The position numbers and the translations under genes were made by a program. A model generated the notes under the pieces. It saw only the letters and a list, made by a program, of their open reading frames with translations. It was not told the origin of the DNA and made no database searches. Positions 16,978-26,779 of a stretch of DNA of 64,000 nucleotides are shown here, piece after piece (the first letter of the stretch is position 1; every line of letters starts with the position of its first letter). The stretch comes from Candidatus Eiseniibacteriota bacterium (GTDB lineage: Bacteria; Desulfobacterota; Binatia; DP-6), in the NCBI GenBank assembly GCA_035577985.1, contig DATJZY010000107.1, positions 43,475 through 107,474 of the forward strand, written 5' to 3'.

Positions 16978-18198
16978 TCAGGCGAGAACGCCTTTGCTCT
17001 CGAGTCCGGCGTATTCGTCGGCGGACATGCCGAGGAGATCGCGCAGGACGCGGGTGGTGTGCTCGCCGAGCTTGGGGGCGGGGATGCGGATGTCGGCGGG
17101 GGTGTCGGGGAAGACGATGGCGTTCATCTCGGCGGGGTGGCGGCCGAGGACGGGATGGTCGACCCAGCGGAACTGGCGGCGATGCGCGAGCTGCGGGTCG
17201 TCGTGGACGTCGCCCAGGTCCTGCACCGGCGCGGCGTCGATACCGGCCTGCTGCAGCCGTTCGGCGAGCGTGCCGGCGTCGTGCGTGCGCGTCCAGCCGT
17301 CGACGTGACACTCGACCTCGCCGATGCGCGTGAGCCGGCCGGCGAGCGTCGCGAGCGACGTGTCGGTCGCCCACGCGGGCTTGCCCATCGCGTCGACGAG
17401 GCGCCGCCAGTCGGCGTCGTCGTGGACGGCGATCGCGATCCATCGCTCGCGGCCGTCGGCGGCGTCCTTGCAGCGGAAGACGCCGTGCGGCACCTCGTGA
17501 CGCGAGCGGTTGCCGACGCGCCCGAGCGCCTCGCCGTTCGCCGCGAACGTCACGAGGGCTTCGGAGAGGCAGATGATGCCGCCCTCGACCTGAGCCAGAT
17601 CGATGTGCTGGCCCTCGCCCGTGCGTGCGCGATGCAGGAGCGCCGACGCGAGCAGCAGGGCCGCGAAGCGCGGCGAGAGCGAGTCCGTGATCGTGCCGTA
17701 CGGGCCCAGGGGCTCGCGATCGGGCCAGCCCGTCAGGTGGTTGAAGCCCGAGAGCGCCGAGCCCTGGCCGCCGAAGCCGGGGTAGAAGCGATGCGGCCCG
17801 GTCTGGCCGTTGAGGCACGTGCTGATCATGACGAGGTCGGGACGCTCGCGGACCAGGGTCGCGTAGTCGAGGCCCCATTTCTTCATCGCGCCCGGCGCGA
17901 AGTTCTCGGCGACCGCGTCCGCCCGGAGAGCGAGGCGCTTCGCGACCGCGACGCCTTCGGGCATGGACAGGTTCAGCGCCACCGAGAGCTTGTTCACGTT
18001 GAGGACGGCGAAATGCTCGGCGGCGTCGAGCCCGCCCGGCGTGTTCGGCGTCAGCTTCAACGTCCGCAGGAAGTCGGGCCGTGCCTTCGACTCGATGCGG
18101 ATCACGGTCGCGCCGCAGTCGGCGAAGTAGCGCGTGGCGACGGGCCCCGCCGCGCCCGCGCCCATCTCGAGGATCGTCGTGCCGCCGAAGATGTCCAT
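16978..18198 (-). CDS. CoA-transferase family III (CaiB/BaiF) protein
   Basis: The track ORF is 16978..18720. The call starts at MDIFGGTTILEMGAGAAGPVATRYFADCGATVIRIE (rc ATG 18196-18198). The rest of the sequence is CaiB/BaiF-like. Confidence 0.85.
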   Translation of the reverse strand: MDIFGGTTILEMGAGAAGPVATRYFADCGATVIRIESKARPDFLRTLKLTPNTPGGLDAAEHFAVLNVNKLSVALNLSMPEGVAVAKRLALRADAVAENFAPGAMKKWGLDYATLVRERPDLVMISTCLNGQTGPHRFYPGFGGQGSALSGFNHLTGWPDREPLGPYGTITDSLSPRFAALLLASALLHRARTGEGQHIDLAQVEGGIICLSEALVTFAANGEALGRVGNRSRHEVPHGVFRCKDAADGRERWIAIAVHDDADWRRLVDAMGKPAWATDTSLATLAGRLTRIGEVECHVDGWTRTHDAGTLAERLQQAGIDAAPVQDLGDVHDDPQLAHRRQFRWVDHPVLGRHPAEMNAIVFPDTPADIRIPAPKLGEHTTRVLRDLLGMSADEYAGLESKGVLA

Positions 18199-19442
18199 CA
18201 GCACACCCCCGCCGCGCGCAGCTCGACCACCATCGCCTCGGTGACGCCGATCTCCGCCAGCACGTCGCGCGTGTGCTCGCCGAGCCGCGGCGCCGGCCGC
18301 CGGATGCCGACCGCCGCGCCGCCCGACGCCGACGTCGTCTTCGCGAACGATCCCGGGTAGCGCAGCCGGCCACGCCCGGGGTTGTCGATCTCGACGAAGA
18401 ACTCGCGCGACGCGAGCTGCTCGGACGCGTCGATCTCGCGCGCCGTGTTCGCCGGTGCGAGCATGAGGTTGCGTTCGACGGCGGCGCGGAACAGCTCGGT
18501 CATGGTCTTCGAGAGGAAGAAGGCGCCGAACTCGGCCGAAAGCGCGTCGACCTCGGCCTGCGTGAGCAGGTTGTGGTTGTAGGTCTTCCAGTCGGTCGCC
18601 TTGAGCGCGGCGGACGCCATGCCGTGCTCGTCCATGAGCTTCACCATCGCGATCAAGCCCGGAACGCGCGCCGGGCCGCCACGCAGCGCGAACGAGACGA
18701 AGCCGTCCTTGCACGGCCATATCTCACGCTGCTCGCTCTTCGGCTGGCGGAAGAACGCTCCCGCGCGGGCGCCGCGGCTGCCGTTCATCTTGAACATGGA
18801 CGCGGTCGCCATGTTCGGCATGATCATGGCCGCCTGCATGGCGACGTCGACGTGCTGGCCGCGTCCCGTCCGCTCGCGCGCCACGAGCGCGAACGTGACC
18901 GCGAGCGCCGCCTCGATGCTGGCGTGATAGTACGCGACCGGCAGCGAGCAGCGCACCGGCGCGCGATCCGGATCGCCGGTGCAGTGCAGGTTGCCGGAGG
19001 TGGCGAGCGTGGTGAGGTCCGAGCCCCGCCAGCCCGCATACGGCCCGCTCTGTCCCCACGGCGTGAGCGAGCACAGCACCAGGCGCGGGTTGCGGGCGTG
19101 TAGCGTGTCCCACCCGAGGCCGCGCGCCGCCATCGTGCCGGGCGCTTCGGTCTCGACGACGACGTCGGCACGCCCGGCGAGCGCGAGGAAGAGGTCACGG
19201 CCGCGCGGCGTCGTCACGTCGAGCGTGATGCCCCGCTTGGAGGTGTTGTAGGCGAGCCAGACGAGCGAGCGTTCGGGATCGTCGGCGTGGCCCCAGAAGG
19301 GACCGCGGCGCCGGACGGGATCGCCCGAGGGCGGCTCGACCTTCACGACGTCGGCGCCGAGATCGCCCAGGAGCTTGCCCGCGAAGTGGCCGGGCTCGCC
19401 GGTGAGATCGAGCACACGGACGCCACTCAGGTTGCCGTTCAT
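18198..19442 (-). CDS. CoA-transferase family III (CaiB/BaiF) protein
   Basis: The 414 aa ORF begins VRVLDLTGEPGHFAGKLLGDLGADVVKVE. Its stop overlaps the start of the downstream CoA-transferase gene, indicating a two-gene operon. Confidence 0.85.
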   Translation of the reverse strand: MNGNLSGVRVLDLTGEPGHFAGKLLGDLGADVVKVEPPSGDPVRRRGPFWGHADDPERSLVWLAYNTSKRGITLDVTTPRGRDLFLALAGRADVVVETEAPGTMAARGLGWDTLHARNPRLVLCSLTPWGQSGPYAGWRGSDLTTLATSGNLHCTGDPDRAPVRCSLPVAYYHASIEAALAVTFALVARERTGRGQHVDVAMQAAMIMPNMATASMFKMNGSRGARAGAFFRQPKSEQREIWPCKDGFVSFALRGGPARVPGLIAMVKLMDEHGMASAALKATDWKTYNHNLLTQAEVDALSAEFGAFFLSKTMTELFRAAVERNLMLAPANTAREIDASEQLASREFFVEIDNPGRGRLRYPGSFAKTTSASGGAAVGIRRPAPRLGEHTRDVLAEIGVTEAMVVELRAAGVC

Positions 19443-19512
19443 CGCGCGCGCTAGCTACCCGCGGCGTCGCCGGGGTGTCAAGGTTCGGTGCCCTGCGATA
19501 CAAGCCCCGTCC

Positions 19513-20439
19513 ATGCGCATCGGCATCGGCATCGGCGAGATCACCGCGGCTCCGGGAACGATCGACAACCTCGTCGCGCAGGCGAAGCAGGCGGAGGCGG
19601 ACGGCTTCGCGAGCGGCTGGCTCGCGAACATCTTCGGCATGGACGCCATCATGGCGGCCGCCGTCTGCGCCCGCGAGACCTCGCGCATGGAGCTCGGCAC
19701 GGCGGTCGTGCCGACGTATCCGCGCCACCCGGTGGCGATGGCGCAGGCCGCGCTCTCGGCGGCCGCCATCTCGCGCGGGCGTTTCAGCCTCGGCATCGGC
19801 CTCTCGCACCAGATCGTCATCGAAGGGATGCTCGGCCTCTCGTTCGCCAAGCCGTACTCGCACATGCGGGAGTACCTCCAGGTGCTGTGTCCGCTCGTAC
19901 GCACCGGGCAGGTGAGTCACAATGGGTCGGAGTACCGCGTCAACGCGAACATGTCGGTCCCGGGGGCGAAGCCGTGCCCGATCCTGGTGGCGGCGCTCGC
20001 GCCCAAGATGCTGGCGCTCGCGGGACGGGAAACCGACGGAACGATCACGTGGATGACCGGCCCCAAGACGATCGCCGAGCACACGGCGCCGCGTATTCGC
20101 GAGGCGGCCGCGGCGGCGAATCGGCCGGAGCCGCGCGTCGTCGTGGGCCTGCCGATCGCGGTCACGAAATCGGTCGAGGCGGCGCGCGCGTCGGCGGCGA
20201 AGACGTTCCAGGTCTATGGCATGCTCCCGTCGTACCGCGCGATGCTGGATCGGGAAGGCCTCGAGGGTCCGTCCGACGTCGCGATCGTCGGCGACGAGAG
20301 CCAGGTGGGGGCGGCAATCGAGCGTCTCGGCGCGGCCGGCGCGACGGATCTCCTGGCCGTCCCGTTCACCGTTCAGGGCGATCCGGAGACCGTTCAGCGC
20401 ACTCGAGCCTTCCTCGCACGCCGCGCACGCGGTATCTGA
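19513..20439 (+). CDS. LLM-class F420-dependent oxidoreductase (luciferase-like)
   Basis: The track ORF is 19375..20439. The call starts at the ATG at 19513 (MRIGIGIGE...). It has the TIM-barrel LLM layout of the F420-dependent subfamily. Confidence 0.8.
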   Translation: MRIGIGIGEITAAPGTIDNLVAQAKQAEADGFASGWLANIFGMDAIMAAAVCARETSRMELGTAVVPTYPRHPVAMAQAALSAAAISRGRFSLGIGLSHQIVIEGMLGLSFAKPYSHMREYLQVLCPLVRTGQVSHNGSEYRVNANMSVPGAKPCPILVAALAPKMLALAGRETDGTITWMTGPKTIAEHTAPRIREAAAAANRPEPRVVVGLPIAVTKSVEAARASAAKTFQVYGMLPSYRAMLDREGLEGPSDVAIVGDESQVGAAIERLGAAGATDLLAVPFTVQGDPETVQRTRAFLARRARGI

Positions 20440-20487
20440 GCACTCCTCGACGGCCGATCAGGCGTCCGCTCGGGCCATAGAGCCCGA

Positions 20488-20517
20488 TTAACGCGACGCG
20501 ACCTTGAGCGATATGTA
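20488..20517 (+). promoter_or_regulatory. Sigma-70-type promoter candidate upstream of the large secreted-protein gene
   Basis: The elements are TTAACG (20488-20493), an 18-nt spacer and TATGTA (20512-20517). The SD ctaGGAGGat precedes the ATG at 20557. Confidence 0.35.
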
Positions 20518-20556
20518 CCCCTTGCGGTAACGGAACCTGTCTAGGAGGATGCCCGA

Positions 20557-23088
20557 ATGCGCCCGCTGACCCGACTCCTGTCGACGCTTGCCCTCCTGGG
20601 TGGCCTGGGGGCTTCCGCATTTGCCGCCGATTTCCCCCTCGCATCGAGCAAGATCTCGCTGAAGGACGGGAAGAGCCCCTCCAGCCGGAAGGTCACCTTC
20701 CAGGCCAAGTACTCGGGTGACCTCGGCAGCATGGACCCGAACTTCGACGGCTCGACGCTGCGCATCTATGGCGGCCCCGGCGAGGGCGACAGCGGGCTCA
20801 TCCGTCTCGGTCCCAACTGGCGCACGCTGCCGAAGGGCAAGGGCCTTCGCTACGAGGACAAGACCCAGTCGGCGGGCGGCATCCGCTCGATCCTTCTGCG
20901 CAAGGGCAAGGGTGGCGGGGGCCGCCTGAAGATCGCCGGCGGCAACGCCGGGTGGGCCTATCAGGTCGCGATGCCGCAGACGGTCGTGACGGTCACGCTG
21001 TCGATCTCGGACGCGAAGCTGTGCGCGCAGTTCTCGAGCGTGAAGACGAGGAAGCAGCGCGTCTCCGGCGCCTCGGAGAAGGCGCTCCCCTCCTGCCCGT
21101 GCGAGAAGTTCGACAGCACCTGGGATGCGATCCAGACCGCGATCTTCGAGCGCCACGGGTGCACGAACGTCACCTGTCACGGCAGCGACGCGGGCGCGGC
21201 GAATTCCGGTGGCCTGAACCTCAGCCCCGACGTGGCGTACGAGAACCTCGTCAACGTGTTCTCCGAGCTCGGCCAGATGGATCGCGTCGAGCCGGGGTCG
21301 CCGACGAACTTCAGCTTCCTGTACCGCAAGCTCGCCGCGAAGACGAAGGGCCTGGCTCCCGTTCCAGGCACGCCGATGCCGTCCGGCCTCCCCGCCCTCA
21401 GCGACGACGAGCTCGAGGCGTTGCGCCTGTGGATCCAGTACAGCGCCCAGAAGGACGGCGTGGTCGCGGGCACCGAAGCGCTCCTCAACTCGTGCCTGCC
21501 GCCGGTGAAGCCGCCGCACCTGGATCCTCCTTCGCCGCCGGTCGCCGGTGAGGGCGTGCAGTATTACGCCCATCCCTGGACCATCAAGCCGCACGGCGAG
21601 GACGAGGGCTGCTATGCGACCTACTACAACGTCGCGGACCAGGTCCCGGACGCGTTCAAGACACCGTGCCCCGACTACTGGGGCGGTCCGACCAAGCCGG
21701 ACGGCATCACTCCGAACTGGTGCTACTTCTACAACAAGAGCGAACTCACCCAGGAACCGAACTCGCACCACTCGATCATCCACATCTACCGCGGTGCGTA
21801 CGGCATCAACGCTCCGGGGCTCGACCACTACTGTGACTCCGGACCCGATCGCAGCAAGGCGTGCAATCCGGCGAATCCCGGCGTTGCGGCGCCCGACGGC
21901 GACGTGTGCGCGGGTGGCGCGTCCTGCGTCGGTGGCTTCAACTTCCACTGCGGCGGCACCAACGACGGAGCGACGTGCGATCCGCGCACGCCCGACGTGT
22001 GCGGCGCCGGCGTGAAGTGCCTCGGCGTCTTCAAGTCGTCGCTCGCGTGTCTCACGTTCGGCCCGCCCGACTTCACCGACATCGCCGGTGCGATCAACGG
22101 CAACGGCGGATCGAACTCGCCAGCGGTCGGTGGCTCGCAGCAGCCGTTCTCGCGCACGACCTTCCCCGCCGGCGTCTTCGGCATCTACCCCGCCGAGGCC
22201 ATCTGGGTGTGGAACTCGCACGCGTTCAACACCACCGACGAGTCCACCTACAACCAGCAGTGGCTGAACGTGTACTTCGCGCCCTCCGAGGACCGCGTGC
22301 ACTACATCCGCGGCATCTTCGATTCGACCGACATCTTCGTGCAGGACGTGCCGCCGTTCGAGGAGCGGGAGTATTGCCGCTCGATCACGTTCCCCGTCGG
22401 CACGCGACTCTTCGAGTTCTCGTCGCACACGCACGCGCGCGGGCGGCTCTTCCGCATCTGGGGTCCCGGCATGCAGCCGCACTGCCGCAGCACGAAGGCG
22501 AACCCCGGCCTGTGCAAGGCCGAGACGACCACACCCATCTTCGTGACCACGCAGTACAACGACCCGACGCAGTTGGAGTTCAACCCGCCGCTCGAGCTCG
22601 ACGACCCGGATCCGACCACCCGGACGTTCAAGTTCTGCTCAGTGTACGACAACGGCTACACCGACCCGAACGACGTGAAGCGGAACTCCGTATCGCCGAT
22701 TCCGCCCACGTTCGGAACGCTGGCGCCCGGCGGCCCGTGCCTGGTTCCGGGCAACGGCGGCTTCTCACGCGACCTCGGCATCGCCTGCGTCAACGAAGCG
22801 AAGCGCGGCCAGCCGTGTGAGGGCGACGCCCCCGGGTTCCAGGCCGACGATCGCAAGTGCGACTCGAGCCCGGGCGCCAACGACGGCATCTGTGACGCGT
22901 GCCCGCTCGCAGGCGGCGTCACCACGCAGGACGAGATGTTCATCCTGCTCGGCAACTGGTACTGCGACCCGAGCGTTCCGGGCAACGGCTGCGACGGCAT
23001 CTGCAGCGGCGGCGCCACGTGGGGCCAGTCGTGCACGAGCGACGCCGACTGCGGCGCCGGCTCGAGCTGCCAGGGCTACATCAACTGA
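20557..23088 (+). CDS. Large secreted cysteine-rich protein with N-terminal planctomycete-cytochrome-c (PSCyt1)-like domain
   Basis: The 843 aa ORF has a signal peptide (MRPLTRLLSTLALLGGLGASAFA). Residues ~190-300 match the PSCyt1 pattern: C..CHG, GGLNL, PG.P..S.L, MP, LSDDELEALRLWIQ. The downstream ~550 aa is rich in Cys, Gly, Pro and Asp, with motifs such as CDPRTPDVCGAGVKC. The local GC content looks lower than in flanking genes, judged by eye. Confidence 0.75.
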   Translation: MRPLTRLLSTLALLGGLGASAFAADFPLASSKISLKDGKSPSSRKVTFQAKYSGDLGSMDPNFDGSTLRIYGGPGEGDSGLIRLGPNWRTLPKGKGLRYEDKTQSAGGIRSILLRKGKGGGGRLKIAGGNAGWAYQVAMPQTVVTVTLSISDAKLCAQFSSVKTRKQRVSGASEKALPSCPCEKFDSTWDAIQTAIFERHGCTNVTCHGSDAGAANSGGLNLSPDVAYENLVNVFSELGQMDRVEPGSPTNFSFLYRKLAAKTKGLAPVPGTPMPSGLPALSDDELEALRLWIQYSAQKDGVVAGTEALLNSCLPPVKPPHLDPPSPPVAGEGVQYYAHPWTIKPHGEDEGCYATYYNVADQVPDAFKTPCPDYWGGPTKPDGITPNWCYFYNKSELTQEPNSHHSIIHIYRGAYGINAPGLDHYCDSGPDRSKACNPANPGVAAPDGDVCAGGASCVGGFNFHCGGTNDGATCDPRTPDVCGAGVKCLGVFKSSLACLTFGPPDFTDIAGAINGNGGSNSPAVGGSQQPFSRTTFPAGVFGIYPAEAIWVWNSHAFNTTDESTYNQQWLNVYFAPSEDRVHYIRGIFDSTDIFVQDVPPFEEREYCRSITFPVGTRLFEFSSHTHARGRLFRIWGPGMQPHCRSTKANPGLCKAETTTPIFVTTQYNDPTQLEFNPPLELDDPDPTTRTFKFCSVYDNGYTDPNDVKRNSVSPIPPTFGTLAPGGPCLVPGNGGFSRDLGIACVNEAKRGQPCEGDAPGFQADDRKCDSSPGANDGICDACPLAGGVTTQDEMFILLGNWYCDPSVPGNGCDGICSGGATWGQSCTSDADCGAGSSCQGYIN

Positions 23089-23095
23089 GATCGCC

Positions 23096-23135
23096 GGGAG
23101 CCCCGCGGCCGCGTGCCGCGGGGCTCCCTTCTTCC
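23096..23135 (+). terminator. Rho-independent terminator after the secreted-protein gene
   Basis: A 13-bp stem (gggagccccgcgg / ccgcggggctccc) with a 7-nt loop (ccgcgtg) is followed by ttcttcc. Confidence 0.6.
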
Positions 23136-23170
23136 TTGACAGGGCCGAATCGTAATTGTACTGACTGGTC
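23136..23170 (+). promoter_or_regulatory. Promoter and partially palindromic operator candidate for the TetR gene
   Basis: TTGACA lies at 23136-23141. Downstream is taattgtactgactggtcaggttaatta, a partially palindromic (taatt...aatta) likely TetR operator, immediately upstream of the ATG at 23180. The -10 element is ambiguous. Confidence 0.35.
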
Positions 23171-23179
23171 AGGTTAATT

Positions 23180-23842
23180 ATGCCTCGCCGCGCCGCCGTT
23201 CGCTCCAGCGCCACTCGCCCGATCGTACGCCGGCGCGAGCGCGGTCGACAGGAGCGCGGCGTGCGCACCGAGGAGGCGATCCTGCAGGCGACGCTGCGGC
23301 TCGTCGCCGCGCGCGGCATCCACGGCATGTCGCTCGACCTCCTCGCCGAGGAGGTCGGCGTCGCGAAGAGCTCGATCCTCTGGCACTTCGGCTCGAAGGA
23401 GGAGCTGCTCCTGCGCGTCGCCGAGCGCGTGCTCGAAGAGGTGGCGCATGGCCCGGCGCGCGAGATCCTGGCGCTGCCGACGCTCGGCGCGCGCGAGGAC
23501 GCGACCTGGCGCTTCTTCGCCGAGACGCTGCGCGAACGGCCCGAGCTGCGCCGCCTGGTCCTGTGGCTCCTCTTCGAATGCGTCGAGGAGCGCCCGGAGC
23601 TGCGGACGCGTCTCCAGCAGCTCTACCGGTCGATCCGCGACATGTTCGAGGCGGGTCTGCGCGAGATCGTTCCCGACGCCGCGCAGCGCCGGCGCCTCGC
23701 CATCATCACGGTCGCGACCTTCGACGGCATCTTCCTGCAGTGGCTCCTCGAGCCCGACGCGATCGACATCGAAGCGCTGCACCGCGAGCTGCGGGCGCTC
23801 AACGAGCGTACCCACCCGGTGCGCCGACGAAAGGACGGCTGA
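23180..23842 (+). CDS. TetR/AcrR family transcriptional regulator
   Basis: The 220 aa ORF has the TetR N-terminal HTH (ILQATLRLVAARGIHGMSLDLLAEEVGVAKSSILWHFGSKEELL). Confidence 0.85.
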   Translation: MPRRAAVRSSATRPIVRRRERGRQERGVRTEEAILQATLRLVAARGIHGMSLDLLAEEVGVAKSSILWHFGSKEELLLRVAERVLEEVAHGPAREILALPTLGAREDATWRFFAETLRERPELRRLVLWLLFECVEERPELRTRLQQLYRSIRDMFEAGLREIVPDAAQRRRLAIITVATFDGIFLQWLLEPDAIDIEALHRELRALNERTHPVRRRKDG

Positions 23843-23843
23843 C

Positions 23844-24494
23844 ATGGACCAGACGAACCAGATGCCGGTGGACCTGACGGCGTTCCGCGAAGTCGTACGC
23901 CATCCGCAGGCCCACGCGGTGATCCTCGGCAACTACCGCATCGGCGAGTACGCCGGCGTCGTCGCGCTCCGCCGCCTCCTGGGCGAGATGCAGCCCGAGG
24001 GCAAGCTGCACGCCGCGATGGAGATCCACTATCGCGACGAGGATCGGCACTCGAAGCTCTTCACGGACTGGATGCAGCGCATCGGCGTCGAGCCGCCGCC
24101 CCTGCCGACCGAGGTCGAAGGCTACTTCGCGAACAGCCCGGAGGAGTTCCAGCAGCAGCGCAAGCTGGTCGAGACGCTGCCGCCCGAGATGCGACGGATC
24201 CTCGTGTTCGCCGGGATCAACGCGATCGAGCGGCTCGCCTACAACCAGTTCGAGAACCACCTCCTCTGCCTCGATCGTCGTGAGGACATCGACGCGCTCA
24301 AGAGCGTCATGGACGAGGAGAAGTTCCACCTCTCCTACGTCGAGCACGAGCTCGATCGCCAGTGCAAAGGCGAGTTCGGCGGCTTCGTGACCCAGGCGCT
24401 CGAGCAGGCGCGCGCACAGTTCGCGATCTTCCAGCAGACGCGGCGCGCGCAGGCGGCGCAGGCCATCGAGCGCGTGCTCGGCGGCGGCGCCTGA
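23844..24494 (+). CDS. Ferritin-like diiron-carboxylate domain protein
   Basis: The start is the ATG at 23844, 1 nt after the TetR stop. The 216 aa protein has two E..H motifs (EIHYRDEDRHSKLF and EEKFHLSYVEHEL) typical of diiron four-helix-bundle proteins. Confidence 0.6.
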   Translation: MDQTNQMPVDLTAFREVVRHPQAHAVILGNYRIGEYAGVVALRRLLGEMQPEGKLHAAMEIHYRDEDRHSKLFTDWMQRIGVEPPPLPTEVEGYFANSPEEFQQQRKLVETLPPEMRRILVFAGINAIERLAYNQFENHLLCLDRREDIDALKSVMDEEKFHLSYVEHELDRQCKGEFGGFVTQALEQARAQFAIFQQTRRAQAAQAIERVLGGGA

Positions 24495-24514
24495 GCACAG
24501 CGAAGGAGGCCACG

Positions 24515-25798
24515 ATGCAGTTCGGCATCTTCTACGAGCACCAGCTCCCGCGACCGTGGGCGCAGGGCACCGAGCAGCGGCTCTTCCAGGAGGCGCTCGA
24601 CCAGGTGGAGCTCGCCGATCGCCTCGGCATCGACTACGCCTGGGAGGTCGAACACCACTTCCTCGAGGAATACTCGCACTCCTCGGCGCCCGAGGTGTTC
24701 CTGGCCGCGTGCAGCCAGCGCACGAAGCGCATCCGCCTGGGCCACGGCATCACGCTCCAGCCACCGGGCTACAACCATCCGGCGCGCGTCGCCGAGCGCA
24801 TCGCGACGCTCGACCTCGTGTCGAACGGCCGCGTCGAGTGGGGCACCGGCGAGTCGAGCTCGCGCATCGAGCTCGAGGGGTTCGGCGTCCCCTACATGGA
24901 GAAGCGCGACATGTGGGAGGAGGCCGTGCGCGAGACGGCCAAGATGATGTCGATGAGCCCGTACCCCGGCTACGACGGGAAGTACTTCTCGATGCCGTGC
25001 CGGAACGTGGTGCCGAAGCCCGTGCAGACGCCGCATCCGCCGCTCTGGGTCGCGTGCTCGAACCGCGACACGATCAAGCTCGCGGCCCGCCTCGGCATCG
25101 GCGCGCTCACCTTCGCGTTCATCGACCCGGCCGAGGCCAAGTACTGGGTCGACGAGTACTACGAGACCTTCAAGCGCGAGTGCACGCCGCTCGGCCGCGC
25201 GGTGAATCCGAACATCGCGATGGTGACGGGCTTCATGTGCCACGAGGACAGCGAGACGGCCGTGGCGCTCGGGCTCGAGGGCTTCAAGTTCTTCGGCTTC
25301 GCGCTCGCGCACTACTACATCACCGGCACGCACGTCCCGGGCCGCACGAACATTTGGGACCTCTTCAAAGCCGCGCCCCCGTTCCCCACCGTGCCGACCG
25401 GCGGCATCGGCAACCCCGACGAGGTGCGGGCGAACCTCGAGACCTTCGAGAAGGTCGGCGTCGACCAGGTGATCTTCATCCAGCAGGGCGGCAACAACCG
25501 GCACGAGGACATCTGCTCGTCGCTCGAGCTCTTCGCGTCGCGCGTGCAGCCCGGCTTCAAGGAGCGGCACGACGCGAACCTGCGCCGCAAGAGCGAGGAG
25601 CTGGCGCCGTACGTGGCGAAGGCCATGGCCAAGATCCCGCCGCTCGACGCCGCGCGGGAAATCGAGCCGCTCGAGTCGTATCCGGTGCTCATGGCCCGGC
25701 TCGGCGTCGACATCACGCAGCTCCCGCAACGCCGCAACATGGGGCCGGCGGTGCAGCAGGTCGAGCAGGCGCTCGCCGGCGAGCGGCCGACCGCATGA
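24515..25798 (+). CDS. LLM-class flavin/F420-dependent oxidoreductase (luciferase-like monooxygenase)
   Basis: The track ORF is 24362..25798. The call starts at the ATG at 24515 (MQFGIFYEHQLP), preceded by the SD gaaGGAGG. The LLM TIM-barrel motifs are present. Confidence 0.85.
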   Translation: MQFGIFYEHQLPRPWAQGTEQRLFQEALDQVELADRLGIDYAWEVEHHFLEEYSHSSAPEVFLAACSQRTKRIRLGHGITLQPPGYNHPARVAERIATLDLVSNGRVEWGTGESSSRIELEGFGVPYMEKRDMWEEAVRETAKMMSMSPYPGYDGKYFSMPCRNVVPKPVQTPHPPLWVACSNRDTIKLAARLGIGALTFAFIDPAEAKYWVDEYYETFKRECTPLGRAVNPNIAMVTGFMCHEDSETAVALGLEGFKFFGFALAHYYITGTHVPGRTNIWDLFKAAPPFPTVPTGGIGNPDEVRANLETFEKVGVDQVIFIQQGGNNRHEDICSSLELFASRVQPGFKERHDANLRRKSEELAPYVAKAMAKIPPLDAAREIEPLESYPVLMARLGVDITQLPQRRNMGPAVQQVEQALAGERPTA

Positions 25799-25879
25799 GC
25801 CGCCGCGACGGGCGTGCGGCGCGCAACCCGCACGTCCGCCGCGCTTGACCCCCGGCCGCGCACTCGTTAGCTCGGCCCG

Positions 25880-26770
25880 ATGTCTTCCGTTCCGGAGTTC
25901 GGCACCGGGCTACCGGCGATCCAGCAGATTCCGTCGCGCGTCCGCCCCTGGGAGCAGGAGGTCGACGGCGCGAAGATCCTCGACGCCGCACGCGCCGCCG
26001 AAGCCGCCGGCTTCGCCTGGGTGTCGTGCAGCGACCACCCCGCCATCCCCGTCTCGCGCGCCCAGGCGATGGGCCCGACGTGGTACGACGCTGGCAGCAC
26101 GCTCGCGTTCGTCGCCGGCGTCACGACGCGCATCCGCTTGATGCCGCACGTGCTCGTGCTGCCGTATCGCCACCCGCTGGTGATCGCGAAGCAGTACGGC
26201 ACGCTCGACCACCTCTCCGCGGGCCGCGTGATCGTCGGCGTCGGCAGCGGCCACCTGAAGCCCGAGTTCGCGACCCTGCGCGCCGACTACGAGAACCGCG
26301 GCAAGATCACCGACGAGTACCTGAGGGCGCTCGCGGCGGCCTGGGAGCACGACGTCGCGCACTTCGACGGCGAGTTCATCTCGTTTCGCGACATGATGGT
26401 GTGGCCGCGCCCGGTCCAGAAGCCGCGCCCGCCGTTCTGGGTGGGCGGCAACTCGAACGCCGCCGTGAAGCGCGCCGCGCGTCTGGCCGACGGATGGATT
26501 CCGTGGGAGCTCACGGCCGAGGACTTCGCGGCCAAGGCCGCCTACGCGCGCCACCTGCGCCACGACGCCGGCCGATCGGACGCGTTCCAGCTCGTGGCGC
26601 CGCTCGCGGCACCCGCGGGCGTCATTGCCGACAAGGTGCTCGCCGACGTCAACCGTTGGCGCGAGGCCGGCGCGACCGCGTTCCACGTCGGCGTCGGCGC
26701 CGACAGCTGGCCGCAGTACCTCGACCGCCTGGCGTGGTTCGGCCGCTCCGTGATCGCGCGCGTGAGCTGA
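25880..26770 (+). CDS. LLM-class F420-dependent oxidoreductase
   Basis: The 296 aa ORF is typical of the short F420-dependent LLM subfamily, with the motifs GFAWVSCSDH and VGVGSGHLKPEF. Confidence 0.8.
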   Translation: MSSVPEFGTGLPAIQQIPSRVRPWEQEVDGAKILDAARAAEAAGFAWVSCSDHPAIPVSRAQAMGPTWYDAGSTLAFVAGVTTRIRLMPHVLVLPYRHPLVIAKQYGTLDHLSAGRVIVGVGSGHLKPEFATLRADYENRGKITDEYLRALAAAWEHDVAHFDGEFISFRDMMVWPRPVQKPRPPFWVGGNSNAAVKRAARLADGWIPWELTAEDFAAKAAYARHLRHDAGRSDAFQLVAPLAAPAGVIADKVLADVNRWREAGATAFHVGVGADSWPQYLDRLAWFGRSVIARVS

Positions 26771-26779
26771 GGCGTCTGC

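Noticed and set aside
19195-20082. Minus-strand ORFs antisense to the LLM gene (295 aa, 149 aa), and similar antisense ORFs throughout, e.g. 8747..10474, 10501..12756 and 14618..16174
   Set aside because: These are antisense frames of well-supported genes. Their translations are Arg/Ala/Gly-rich and low complexity.
21100-21200. A c-type haem-binding site in the large secreted protein
   Set aside because: The motif is C-TNVT-CH (CX4CH), not canonical CXXCH. PSCyt1-type domains carry this variant, and haem attachment cannot be asserted.
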